Part shown: one piece after another, positions 25,495 to 32,000 of the stretch | Numbering within the stretch: the first letter of the stretch is position 1 | Layout: each line of letters opens with the position of its first letter | Origin: an uncultured Opitutales bacterium | GTDB lineage: Bacteria; Verrucomicrobiota; Verrucomicrobiia; Opitutales; Intestinicryptomonadaceae | Assembly (NCBI GenBank): GCA_934613415.1 | Contig: CAKTSY010000003.1 | Location: 1 to 32,000 of the forward strand | Direction: 5' to 3' | DNA: 32,000 nucleotides | The notes under the pieces: model-generated | The model's input: only the letters and a program-made list of their open reading frames with translations | The model's database searches: none | What the model was told of the DNA's origin: nothing | Position numbers and translations under genes: made by a program

Positions 25495-26296
25495 CAAAAC
25501 GCTGGTTCAGCTGCTATGCCCTTTCGGTAACTGGAAACACACTAAGGGAATGCAAATTGTAGACAAAATTTCGGGCGAAAAACTGGTTAAAAATTTTGGC
25601 GGAATTTTCAGGGCAAAAATTCCCGTATACATTGGCCACCCCGACGAAAACCCAAAAACCGCGCGGGCTGCAAAAGCAGTCGGGCAAATAGACAAACTTT
25701 TTTTGTGCGAAAACTCAATTGCCGCAATTGTGCGCTACGAAGAAAGCGTCTACAAAAAAATCGTTTCGGGCGAAATTCGGGCAATGTCGCCGCGCTGGCA
25801 AATGGAGCGCGTAAACGCCGAAAATTTTAGACCCGTAAAACTGGTTTCGGTGGGGCTTACAAACAACCCGAATATTCCCGAAAGCGGAAAGCTTTTATGC
25901 CCCGAATTATCGGGCAAAAACCCCGCCGTTTTTTCGCTGGTAGAAAAGTGCATAAACAATGCCGAAATTTCGCTAAACACGGCAAAAAAGTGCGCGGCAA
26001 AAAGCCGCAAAATTTTGGCGTTGCAAAGCGAGCAAACGGGCAAAGCCGCAACCAAAGTTTTGGCAAAGGCGGTAAGCGAAGGCGCAATTAGCGCAAAAGA
26101 ATGCGGCAAATGGCGCGAACTGCTTAGAACGAACTTTGCTAAAACCAAAAGGCAAATTGCAAAAAAATCAGTTCGCACCTCGCAGCTTAGCGCGTCGGAA
26201 ATTGTGCGCTTGGCAAAGGAGAAAATGCTTGGGCAATCGCTTGCCTGGGAAAAGGCGTACGATGCCGTAAAAAGCGAATACGGCGTAAAAATTTAA
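25481..26296 (+). CDS. Mu gpI-like prohead protease with a C-terminal scaffold-like region
   Basis: It overlaps the portal stop by 14 nt. Features match the Mu-like prophage I protein pattern: VQLLCPFGNW..., PVYIGHPDEN, AAKAVGQIDKLF, GEIRAMSPRW, LVSVGLTNNPNIP. The helical, Lys/Ala-rich C-terminal third (LALQSEQTGKAATKVLAKAV...) resembles the nested gpZ scaffold arrangement. Confidence 0.7.
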   Translation: MKKFNKTLVQLLCPFGNWKHTKGMQIVDKISGEKLVKNFGGIFRAKIPVYIGHPDENPKTARAAKAVGQIDKLFLCENSIAAIVRYEESVYKKIVSGEIRAMSPRWQMERVNAENFRPVKLVSVGLTNNPNIPESGKLLCPELSGKNPAVFSLVEKCINNAEISLNTAKKCAAKSRKILALQSEQTGKAATKVLAKAVSEGAISAKECGKWRELLRTNFAKTKRQIAKKSVRTSQLSASEIVRLAKEKMLGQSLAWEKAYDAVKSEYGVKI

Positions 26297-26304
26297 CCTC
26301 CCAA

Positions 26305-27024
26305 ATGGGACAAACAAAGGAACAAAAAACAATGAAACTAAAAAAGTTATTAGCCGAAACGGCAAAAGCGTTGTCGGCAAAAATTAAACAGTGCGAGTGT
26401 TTTGCCAACATAGCCGAAGGCACGCATTCGGGCTACATAACAATGACTGCCGCGGCAAACATTGCAAAAAGCAATTTGCTGTTAAGGCAAAATTCGCAAG
26501 GCACGGTTAAAGTTGCAATGAAAGGCGAAATGCCCATAGGCACTTCGTGCGATTGCGCAGAGCAAGGCGAAAGCCTTGGCGTAATATTGGCTGGCGTTGC
26601 AGAACAAACCGTGCTTTGCGTGGCGGCAAGCGCCGTTGCGGCCGGCGATACCGTATACGGAGCCGATTCCGGAAAAGTTTCGGCAAGTGCTGCCGCCAAC
26701 GCCTACAAGATTGGCGTGGCGTTGAATGCCGCCCCAATAGACGGCATTGTAGAAGTTTTGCCGCAGGGCTTCGGCTCTTTGGCGTATCAGACATGTGCCG
26801 CCGGCGTTTATGTATGGGAAGCAGCCACTGCAACCGAAAGCATAGAAATGCCGTCTTTGAAGGAAGGCGATATTGTAGTTGCCTCGCTATATGCAGTCGG
26901 CGCAAGCGAAAAGTCGGTTATAGCTTCAATAGACGCCGAAAGCAAAAAAATCACGTTTAAGTTGGACGCAAACGGAACCGCAAACACCACAAAAGTATGC
27001 TGGATTCTTATGCGCAACGCCTAA
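26305..27024 (+). CDS. putative head decoration/cement protein (DUF2190-like)
   Basis: It sits between the protease and the capsid gene. The Gly/Ala/Val-rich segment GDTVYGADSGKVSASAAANAYKIGVALNAAPIDGIVEVLPQG matches the DUF2190 pattern by eye. The start could instead be ATG 26332 (MKLKKLL). Confidence 0.4.
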   Translation: MGQTKEQKTMKLKKLLAETAKALSAKIKQCECFANIAEGTHSGYITMTAAANIAKSNLLLRQNSQGTVKVAMKGEMPIGTSCDCAEQGESLGVILAGVAEQTVLCVAASAVAAGDTVYGADSGKVSASAAANAYKIGVALNAAPIDGIVEVLPQGFGSLAYQTCAAGVYVWEAATATESIEMPSLKEGDIVVASLYAVGASEKSVIASIDAESKKITFKLDANGTANTTKVCWILMRNA

Positions 27025-27043
27025 TTGAAAGGAAGAAAATTAT

Positions 27044-27958
27044 ATGAGCGAAAATACAATAACACCGGCAAACCAAAGCAGATTTGAACAGGCCAACTAT
27101 TCGGCGGCTTTAACCGCCTATTCGGTAGGCTACAAAGATTCCGAAAATATTTCGGCATTGCTCGACTTTATTGCGCCTCCCATTCCGGTTGGCAGAAGGT
27201 TTGAATTTAAGCGCGCAAACAATGCGGAAGCGTTTTATTCGGAAAGCGACGATGTGCGCTCGATAGGCGCGGAATTTAAGCGCGTGCAATATTCGGGCGA
27301 AAGCATTAACGAAAAAACCCTAAACAAAGGACTTACCATTAGGGTAGACAACGACGAAGTTGTAGGTGACAAGTGGCAGGAAAGATATACTGCAATGCTT
27401 ATACAGCGCCTGTTGCGCAACGAACTTCGCAGGGCAATTGCGGCGTTGGACGCAATTAGCACTTCGGCTGACAAGGTTTGGGATTCGTCGGCAAACCCCG
27501 ACGAAGACTTGCGAAACGCCCTAATGCTTAGCGCAAACGAAAGCGGGGTACGCCCCAACAGAATGCTTTTCGGCGAAAGCGCGTGGGATATGAGAGCAAG
27601 CTGCCTTGAAAAGCAAAGCACATCTGGGGCGTTTAAATCGGGCTCGATGACGCCGAACGAACTCTCCCAAAAGCTGATGTTAGACGGCTGCAAAATTGCG
27701 AGCGCGCGCTACCAAACGGCAAGCGGCAAAACCCAGATTGGCTCTTTGAATGTATACGCATTCTTTGCCCAAAACGGAATTTCGAAAGACGAAGCTTCGA
27801 ACCTAAAGCGTTTCTACACTCCAACCGAAGACGGCACTATGTTCAGGGTATACTGCCAGGAATACGCAAAATATACCGACATTACGGTTGAGCACTACTC
27901 CAGCATTGTAGCCTGCAGCAACTTGGGAGTACGAAAGCTTTGCGTTAGCGCACAATAA
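27044..27958 (+). CDS. major capsid protein (presumed HK97 fold; lambda gpE-like rather than Mu gpT-like by eye)
   Basis: 304 aa with AAAGGAAG 8 nt upstream of the ATG. The call rests on its position after the protease and decoration genes, its size, and the strong stem-loop that follows. The segment LLDFIAPPIPVGRRFEFKR...FKRVQYSGESINEKTLNKGLTIRVDNDEV is reminiscent of the capsid-E family. The assignment is positional plus weak similarity. Confidence 0.55.
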   Translation: MSENTITPANQSRFEQANYSAALTAYSVGYKDSENISALLDFIAPPIPVGRRFEFKRANNAEAFYSESDDVRSIGAEFKRVQYSGESINEKTLNKGLTIRVDNDEVVGDKWQERYTAMLIQRLLRNELRRAIAALDAISTSADKVWDSSANPDEDLRNALMLSANESGVRPNRMLFGESAWDMRASCLEKQSTSGAFKSGSMTPNELSQKLMLDGCKIASARYQTASGKTQIGSLNVYAFFAQNGISKDEASNLKRFYTPTEDGTMFRVYCQEYAKYTDITVEHYSSIVACSNLGVRKLCVSAQ

Positions 27959-27988
27959 CAAACAATAACAACTAACCACAAAGGCAAC

Positions 27989-28014
27989 GGCGGGCGGGTA
28001 CATACCCGTCTGCC
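27989..28014 (+). terminator. GC-rich stem-loop after the capsid gene (attenuator or RNA-stabilising hairpin)
   Basis: An 11-bp stem pairs GGCGGGCGGGT (27989-27999) with ACCCGTCTGCC (28004-28014), including two G:U pairs, around an ACAT loop. GCCCC-A7-T4 follows. There is no immediate U-run, so it is probably only partially terminating. Confidence 0.45.
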
Positions 28015-28033
28015 GCCCCAAAAAAATTTTAAT

Positions 28034-28483
28034 ATGAAATGGAATAGAATTTATGCCGCCGACCTTGAAAGCGCGCTAAACAAAAACCAGCTGGAAATAT
28101 TAAAGTCGCAGTCGCTAGCCTCGGCAGGCCGCTCTATTTGCGACGAAATAATTTCGCTTGTATGCGCCGAAATTAGGGCGGCTGTTGCAAACGCAAATAG
28201 ATATATAGACGAAGACCACCTTAAAATACCCAACGAATTAAAGCTTGCAGCAATAAGGCTTTGCGTTGAAGCCCTGCAAGCAAGGCTTTCGGGAATGGAG
28301 CTTACCGCCCAGCAAATAAAACTTGCCGACATAGCAAGGCAGACAATCGAAAAGGTTGCCCTGGGCAAATTCCTTGTTTCCTCGCCCGACATTCCAATAC
28401 AAACCACTTTCGAAAAAAAGTCGGTTAAACATTTTGCGAGAAGCGAAAAGACAGCATCGTTTGACGCATTAAAGGGAATATGA
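28034..28483 (+). CDS. head-tail connector/adaptor, Mu gp36 (DUF1320)-like
   Basis: 149 aa. The pattern IYAADLESAL...LEILKS...AEIRAAV...RY...LKIPNELKLAAIRLCVEALQARL...IEKVALGKFLV parallels the DUF1320 consensus (Y...dl...l, P..l, a...L..va.Gk..L). This is a by-eye match only. Confidence 0.45.
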   Translation: MKWNRIYAADLESALNKNQLEILKSQSLASAGRSICDEIISLVCAEIRAAVANANRYIDEDHLKIPNELKLAAIRLCVEALQARLSGMELTAQQIKLADIARQTIEKVALGKFLVSSPDIPIQTTFEKKSVKHFARSEKTASFDALKGI

Positions 28484-28484
28484 T

Positions 28485-28919
28485 ATGGTTTCTACTCTTG
28501 AATATCTGCAAAACTCGGTCTTTGAAATTTTAAGAAGCTCGCCACAGCTTGAAAGGGTTGGCATATTTAAAAAGAGCGTGTTTTTCGATGGAAGCTACAA
28601 GTTCCCTGCTGCGGGAATGGGGGTTTTTGTAAGTTTGCCACGACCGCTAAAAGCCTCGAAATATTCGGTTGGCCCTGCATTTTCAAAAGTGGTTTTCTGC
28701 ATAGAAATTGTGGTTGAAAAACACTCGTTTTCGCAGGCGTATTCGCCGCTATTTATAGCCGAACTTGCCACCAAAAAGCTGCACAAAGCGCAGCTGCCGC
28801 TTGCCTGCGGCTACGGTAAAGTATACCTAAGCGACGAAAACCCCTACGGCGAATACAAAATTTCGGAACAAACATTCGCAATAAAATTGAACTTCGAAAC
28901 ACAGGCTCTTTTGCAATGA
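28485..28919 (+). CDS. putative neck/head-completion protein (possibly Mu gp37 / DUF3168-type)
   Basis: 144 aa, starting 1 nt after the previous stop. The call is based on position and the N-terminal pattern LEYLQNSVFEILRSSPQLERVGIF...FPAAGMGVFVSLP. Support is weak. Confidence 0.3.
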   Translation: MVSTLEYLQNSVFEILRSSPQLERVGIFKKSVFFDGSYKFPAAGMGVFVSLPRPLKASKYSVGPAFSKVVFCIEIVVEKHSFSQAYSPLFIAELATKKLHKAQLPLACGYGKVYLSDENPYGEYKISEQTFAIKLNFETQALLQ

Positions 28920-29320
28920 AAATAATTTTAAACGACACTCCGCTAAACCCCTTCGGGCAAATACCGCAAAGTTTTATTGTAAAAAACACGCGCATTGCAA
29001 AGTTTGCAAACGTAATAGACGCCGAAAACCCGCTTGTAAAAAACGGCAAAAATTCGGCGTTAAAAATAGAGTTTTCGATTTGCACAAATTTTGAAAGCGA
29101 AAGCTCCGCCCAATGTTTCGGGGTAAAGCACTGCATATTTTTGTCTAAAATAGGCAGCGCAACGCTAAAAATGGAGTTTGCCGACGAATGCGAAAGCCCG
29201 CTGTTTTCCGCCGAATTTTCGGGGGCGGCGCTTAGCGGCTACGAGTTTGAAATATCGGGGGTACAAACAAAATTTAAATACAACTTTATAGCCCAAAAAA
29301 TGGAGCAAAAAAATGGATAG
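28916..29320 (+). CDS. hypothetical phage structural protein
   Basis: 134 aa with a 4-nt ATGA overlap with the upstream gene. It looks beta-rich. No family recognised. Confidence 0.45.
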   Translation: MKIILNDTPLNPFGQIPQSFIVKNTRIAKFANVIDAENPLVKNGKNSALKIEFSICTNFESESSAQCFGVKHCIFLSKIGSATLKMEFADECESPLFSAEFSGAALSGYEFEISGVQTKFKYNFIAQKMEQKNG

Positions 29321-29450
29321 CGAAAACATAACAGCCCAGCTTGAAAACCTGCAAAACCAAATAGACGACCTAAACGCACAGCTTGAAAGGCTAGACAACC
29401 TGCTCGGACAAATAGAATCGCAAATGGACAACCTTAAAGAGGAAGTTTAA
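29313..29450 (+). CDS. small coiled-coil protein (45 aa)
   Basis: Hand-translated, below the ORF-track cut-off: MDSENITAQLENLQNQIDDLNAQLERLDNLLGQIESQMDNLKEEV. It has a heptad-like Leu/Ile spacing. Its ATG overlaps the upstream stop (ATGGATAG), and its stop is 1 nt before the next ATG, so it fits the coupling pattern of the cassette. Confidence 0.5.
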   Translation: MDSENITAQLENLQNQIDDLNAQLERLDNLLGQIESQMDNLKEEV

Positions 29451-29451
29451 A

Positions 29452-31161
29452 ATGGCGTATTTTTTAAAAGTTAACGACACTACAAAAACGCTTGCCGACT
29501 GGAAAATTACAAAGGCGGTTTTAACCCTAAAAAGTCTGGATTGCGACGAACTTTGCATACACTCGCAAGCCGAATTTGCCTACAATGCCGCAGTGCAGCT
29601 TTTTTCCGACAACCTTTGCGTTTTTTCGGGAAAGGTGCGAACCCTCCCCCAATACGAAGCCGCCCAAACAAAATATAGGGAATATAAAATATTGGGGCCG
29701 TGGAACGAGCTATGCGAAATTGTATACCAGCAAAAATGGAAATGTGCAAAGCAGTCGAGCAACGACGACACGCAGGCCGAAGTTTTCGATACCTATAAAA
29801 GCCGCGTAATTCTCGGCGAAAACGACGCCGAAGAGCGCATAGACATTGGAACGCAAATAGAAAACATTGTGGAATTTGCAAAAGCTGCAGGCGCAAATAT
29901 TCAAAGCGGAAACATTGCCGCAAGCTACCCGATGTTGTACGACGAAACCTGCGACATAAATTGCGCGCAGGCCGTAAAAAGAACGCTTAAATGGCTACCC
30001 GACGCAATATCGTTTTTCGACTACTCTACTACGCCGCCAAAGCTTAACATTGTGCGGCGAAACGCGCTCGACAAAAAGGAAATAAATTTGAATTCCGATT
30101 CGGTTAAAGACTACAAGGTTTCGCCGCGCAACGATTTGCTTATTTCGGGAGTGGAGATCAAATACGAAAAAACGCAAAGCATTGGCAGCGAAAGCTACAG
30201 CACTTTGCAATGCGACAAATACCCGCCAAATTTCGACAGCAGAACGCCAAAGTCGCTTGTTATGACTGTTGAGCTTGACGGCTACAAAGGCATTTTGCAG
30301 GAGCACACAATACAAACCGAAGAGATTAAGCCCAACGACACCGATTGGTGGGTATCGAAAATTCCGTCGCTTTCGGAAGCCTACAACCTTAAAATTTTGG
30401 AAAGCTCGCGTGATTTTCCAGACTATAAATACGCGCTTACCAAGGGAACAATTCCCGACTGGGCAAATATTGAAAGTAAAGTAGACACAATTTGCGCGTA
30501 TGTTTCGTACACGACAACAAGCCATATTTGCGCAAGGCAAAAAATTTCGATAAGGCTTAGGGTTACAAAAACAAAAAGCCGCAAGTTTTCGCGGCTAGCA
30601 ACTTCTCGCAGCGACGAACCCGTGCCCGAAGGCTTGGCGCAGTCGCTATATACGGGGCTTGGCACGTTGCAATACGATTCGCAATTTTGCATATACAACG
30701 CACAAGCGCACAACTATGCAGGCAAAGCCCTTAATTTAAAAGGGGCAAACCCGCTTTTCGAAAATATGAACAGCGCAATTGTAGAATGCAAGCAAGACCT
30801 TTTCGAAAACACACTAACAATAAAGGCAGGCAGCCCCGAGCATCTTTATCCGGCAAAAATAGCGGAACTATTCAGAATAAACAAGGCAAGGAAAACAACG
30901 TCTAGTTTTTCCACAAAAACAAAGGCCCAATCGCCGCTTAAGGGGAAAATTTCGCTAAACGCGCAAAGTGTAAAGGAAGTTCCAACGCAAATTAACACTG
31001 TTATGCGCTCTATTACACTTTCGGTAGACGCAACAAAACCCAAAATTGTTTTGGATTCCTCGAACATTCCCGATGGGATAACCCTTGGCGTACAACGGGT
31101 TTTAGTTTGCGAAAACGGCCAGCCTGCCTACGCCTATACAATTTTAAGCAACACCGAATAA
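29452..31161 (+). CDS. large hypothetical virion protein; the N-terminus is weakly reminiscent of gpD/gp27/VgrG-type hub proteins
   Basis: 569 aa. YFLKVNDTTKTLADWKITKAVLTLKSLDCDELCI, FSGKVRTLPQYEAAQTKYREYKILGPWNELCEI and IDIGTQIENIVEFAKAAGANI resemble the order of conserved hub blocks (F.G.V....Y.Y.l.PW...L, then ...i...a...G). This is a low-confidence inference. Confidence 0.45.
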   Translation: MAYFLKVNDTTKTLADWKITKAVLTLKSLDCDELCIHSQAEFAYNAAVQLFSDNLCVFSGKVRTLPQYEAAQTKYREYKILGPWNELCEIVYQQKWKCAKQSSNDDTQAEVFDTYKSRVILGENDAEERIDIGTQIENIVEFAKAAGANIQSGNIAASYPMLYDETCDINCAQAVKRTLKWLPDAISFFDYSTTPPKLNIVRRNALDKKEINLNSDSVKDYKVSPRNDLLISGVEIKYEKTQSIGSESYSTLQCDKYPPNFDSRTPKSLVMTVELDGYKGILQEHTIQTEEIKPNDTDWWVSKIPSLSEAYNLKILESSRDFPDYKYALTKGTIPDWANIESKVDTICAYVSYTTTSHICARQKISIRLRVTKTKSRKFSRLATSRSDEPVPEGLAQSLYTGLGTLQYDSQFCIYNAQAHNYAGKALNLKGANPLFENMNSAIVECKQDLFENTLTIKAGSPEHLYPAKIAELFRINKARKTTSSFSTKTKAQSPLKGKISLNAQSVKEVPTQINTVMRSITLSVDATKPKIVLDSSNIPDGITLGVQRVLVCENGQPAYAYTILSNTE

Positions 31162-31163
31162 AA

Positions 31164-31808
31164 ATGCCATTTATAGTAACTCACCCATACAACGGCTACC
31201 CTTTTGTTTTAGACCCGTTCGAAAGCGCGCCCTCCGAAACCGTAGGCTTTGCCGAAAGCTCCGACGGCGTTTCGGTTGTAGCCGAAGAGTTTACATTTTC
31301 GCTTGCAAATGCAATGTCGCTTTTTTGGCTTTCGCAAATAAGGTCGGTTAAAGCCGCCATACGCGCAAGTTTTACCTACGACAACAACTCCTCCGACGGC
31401 ATAAACGCAAGTTTTACATGTCCAAACATAAAATTTGCCTCGTCGGAATACAACGTTATACCGCCAGCCGCAAACAGGGTCGCTTTCGACAAGTCTCAAT
31501 ATCTCATACACGCAACGGGCAACAATTTCGATTTTAAAATAAGTATGCCCAAATATGTATCGGCCACTTCGCAAAAATACTTTATGTTCGGGCATGCCGC
31601 AGCAAATAGGAATAACGAAAAATTTTTGCTGCTTATAGGCTACAAGCTAAGCTATGAAAGCTACGAACATATAGAAAGAGACACCATACAAATTTTGGGG
31701 CAAAGCGTGCCCGTTATTCTTATTCACGAAGGCGCAAAAAATATATTCACAAACTTTTCGATGTCGGGCTCGTTTTCCACCGACTTAAACTGCACGCTTA
31801 TTCCGTAA
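31164..31808 (+). CDS. hypothetical protein, last gene of the cassette
   Basis: The start is set at ATG 31164 (MPFIVTHPYNGY), 2 nt after the previous stop. The track ORF from 31107 would overlap the 569-aa gene by 55 nt. The protein is 214 aa and no family is recognised. Confidence 0.45.
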   Translation: MPFIVTHPYNGYPFVLDPFESAPSETVGFAESSDGVSVVAEEFTFSLANAMSLFWLSQIRSVKAAIRASFTYDNNSSDGINASFTCPNIKFASSEYNVIPPAANRVAFDKSQYLIHATGNNFDFKISMPKYVSATSQKYFMFGHAAANRNNEKFLLLIGYKLSYESYEHIERDTIQILGQSVPVILIHEGAKNIFTNFSMSGSFSTDLNCTLIP

Positions 31809-31813
31809 ATAAG

Positions 31814-31845
31814 AAAAATCCCGTTAAAATAAACGGGATTTTTTA
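31814..31845. terminator. bidirectional intrinsic terminator closing the cassette
   Basis: Stem ATCCCGTT (31818-31825) pairs with AACGGGAT (31832-31839). A5 precedes it and T6 follows. It lies between the convergent cassette and the TolC-like gene. Confidence 0.75.
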
Positions 31846-31860
31846 CATATCCTATAAATT

Positions 31861-32000
31861 TTATTTTTCGGTTTCGCTTTCGTTAAAAAAGGTACCCGTG
31901 GCGTGGGCTAACCTTGCAACCGCCAATGCAAGCGAAGCCTTTGCGCTAACGTGCTGCTGGCGCGCCGTAGCCAAATAAGACTGCGCCGAAAGCAAATCTG
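31861..32000 (-). CDS. TolC-family outer membrane efflux protein, C-terminal end (partial; the rest is outside the window)
   Basis: Hand-translated minus strand: ...DLLSAQSYLATARQQHVSAKASLALAVARLAHATGTFFNESETEK*. It matches the typical TolC C-terminal helix pattern (D.l.Aq..l..a......a.......l..l..A.G). Confidence 0.45.
   Translation of the reverse strand, partial: DLLSAQSYLATARQQHVSAKASLALAVARLAHATGTFFNESETEK

Larger units (their letters stand above)
24307..31808 (+). mobile_element. phage-derived structural gene cassette (Mu-type head module plus unknown distal genes); incomplete as a prophage
   Basis: Ten co-directional, coupled ORFs are bounded by terminators at 24141-24170 and 31814-31845. 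The flanking genes are chromosomal: a permease upstream and a convergent TolC-like gene downstream. No terminase, integrase/transposase, repressor, tail tube/sheath/tape measure or lysis gene is seen. Confidence 0.65.

Noticed and set aside
29292-29320. A7 run (29307-29313) at the junction of the 134-aa and 45-aa ORFs, considered as a programmed frameshift site like tail chaperone G/GT
   Set aside because: A -1 slip adds only about 8 residues before a stop. Fusing to the 45-aa ORF would need a +1/-2 shift. The ATGGATAG overlap is a standard coupling arrangement. This cannot be excluded without ribosome profiling, but it is not supported.
6780-31163. N-terminal extensions in the track ORFs starting at 6780, 7398, 19348, 20857, 21856, 24157 and 31107
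   Set aside because: The extensions start at non-ATG codons or add residues unlike the family N-termini. They run through terminators (24157) or overlap the upstream gene (31107). Internal ATGs give canonical domain starts, signal peptides or RBS spacing.
107-31595. Numerous 60-190-aa ORFs antisense to or out of frame with the long genes (e.g. 2552..3103+, 5079..5612+, 7382..8050-, 12874..13461+, 15004..15522+, 17808..18365+, 23259..23648-, 29995..30540-)
   Set aside because: They lie entirely within better-supported genes on the other strand or frame. They have Arg/Cys/Phe-rich, composition-driven sequences and no recognisable motifs.
24171-31860. Search for att-like direct repeats flanking the phage-derived cassette (e.g. 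CGTAAA..AAAAAT-rich strings at ~24219-24248 and ~31804-31823)
   Set aside because: Only short AT-rich, low-complexity similarity was found, with no convincing repeat of 12 bp or more. No integrase and no tRNA target are present either.
1-32000. Scan for CRISPR arrays, tRNA/rRNA genes, IS elements and known defence-system hallmarks
   Set aside because: No regularly spaced repeats, cloverleaf-compatible segments, transposase/integrase ORFs or nuclease/helicase/methylase-type ORFs were seen in any frame.

Overview
All calls are by-eye reads of the supplied ORF track and raw sequence, with no database searches. The window looks like a chromosomal segment of a Gram-negative, probably anaerobic or host-associated bacterium: signal peptides and a lipobox, TolC-like and FeoAB genes, and many genes without a Shine-Dalgarno sequence.

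Positions 1-24.1 kb carry ordinary chromosomal and accessory genes:
- an MFS exporter plus PAT-type GNAT acetyltransferase pair
- a BNR/sialidase-like protein with a translationally coupled membrane-anchored partner
- a secreted esterase
- a Fur-family regulator
- a DMT-type transporter
- a feoA-feoB operon that ends in a 59-aa Cys-rich ORF absent from the ORF track
- a purple-acid-type metallophosphoesterase
- two tandem ~795-aa paralogous beta-helix exoproteins
- asd, an L,D-transpeptidase, an orphan sigma-54 response regulator and an SGNH hydrolase
- a pyruvoyl arginine decarboxylase plus APC antiporter pair that resembles chlamydial aaxBC

Positions 24.3-31.8 kb are the most unusual part. 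Ten intact, tightly coupled, co-directional ORFs sit between intrinsic terminators. They begin with a Mu-type head module: a DUF935-like portal, a gpI-like protease/scaffold, a DUF2190-like decoration protein, a capsid protein, and gp36/gp37-like neck proteins. They end in four unrecognised proteins of 134, 45, 569 and 214 aa. No terminase, transposase/integrase, repressor, sheath/tube/tape-measure or lysis gene is in the window. This cassette is my best candidate for an undescribed system, either a domesticated or satellite capsid module or a minimal-tail particle.

I saw no rRNA, tRNA, CRISPR array, IS element or integrase.
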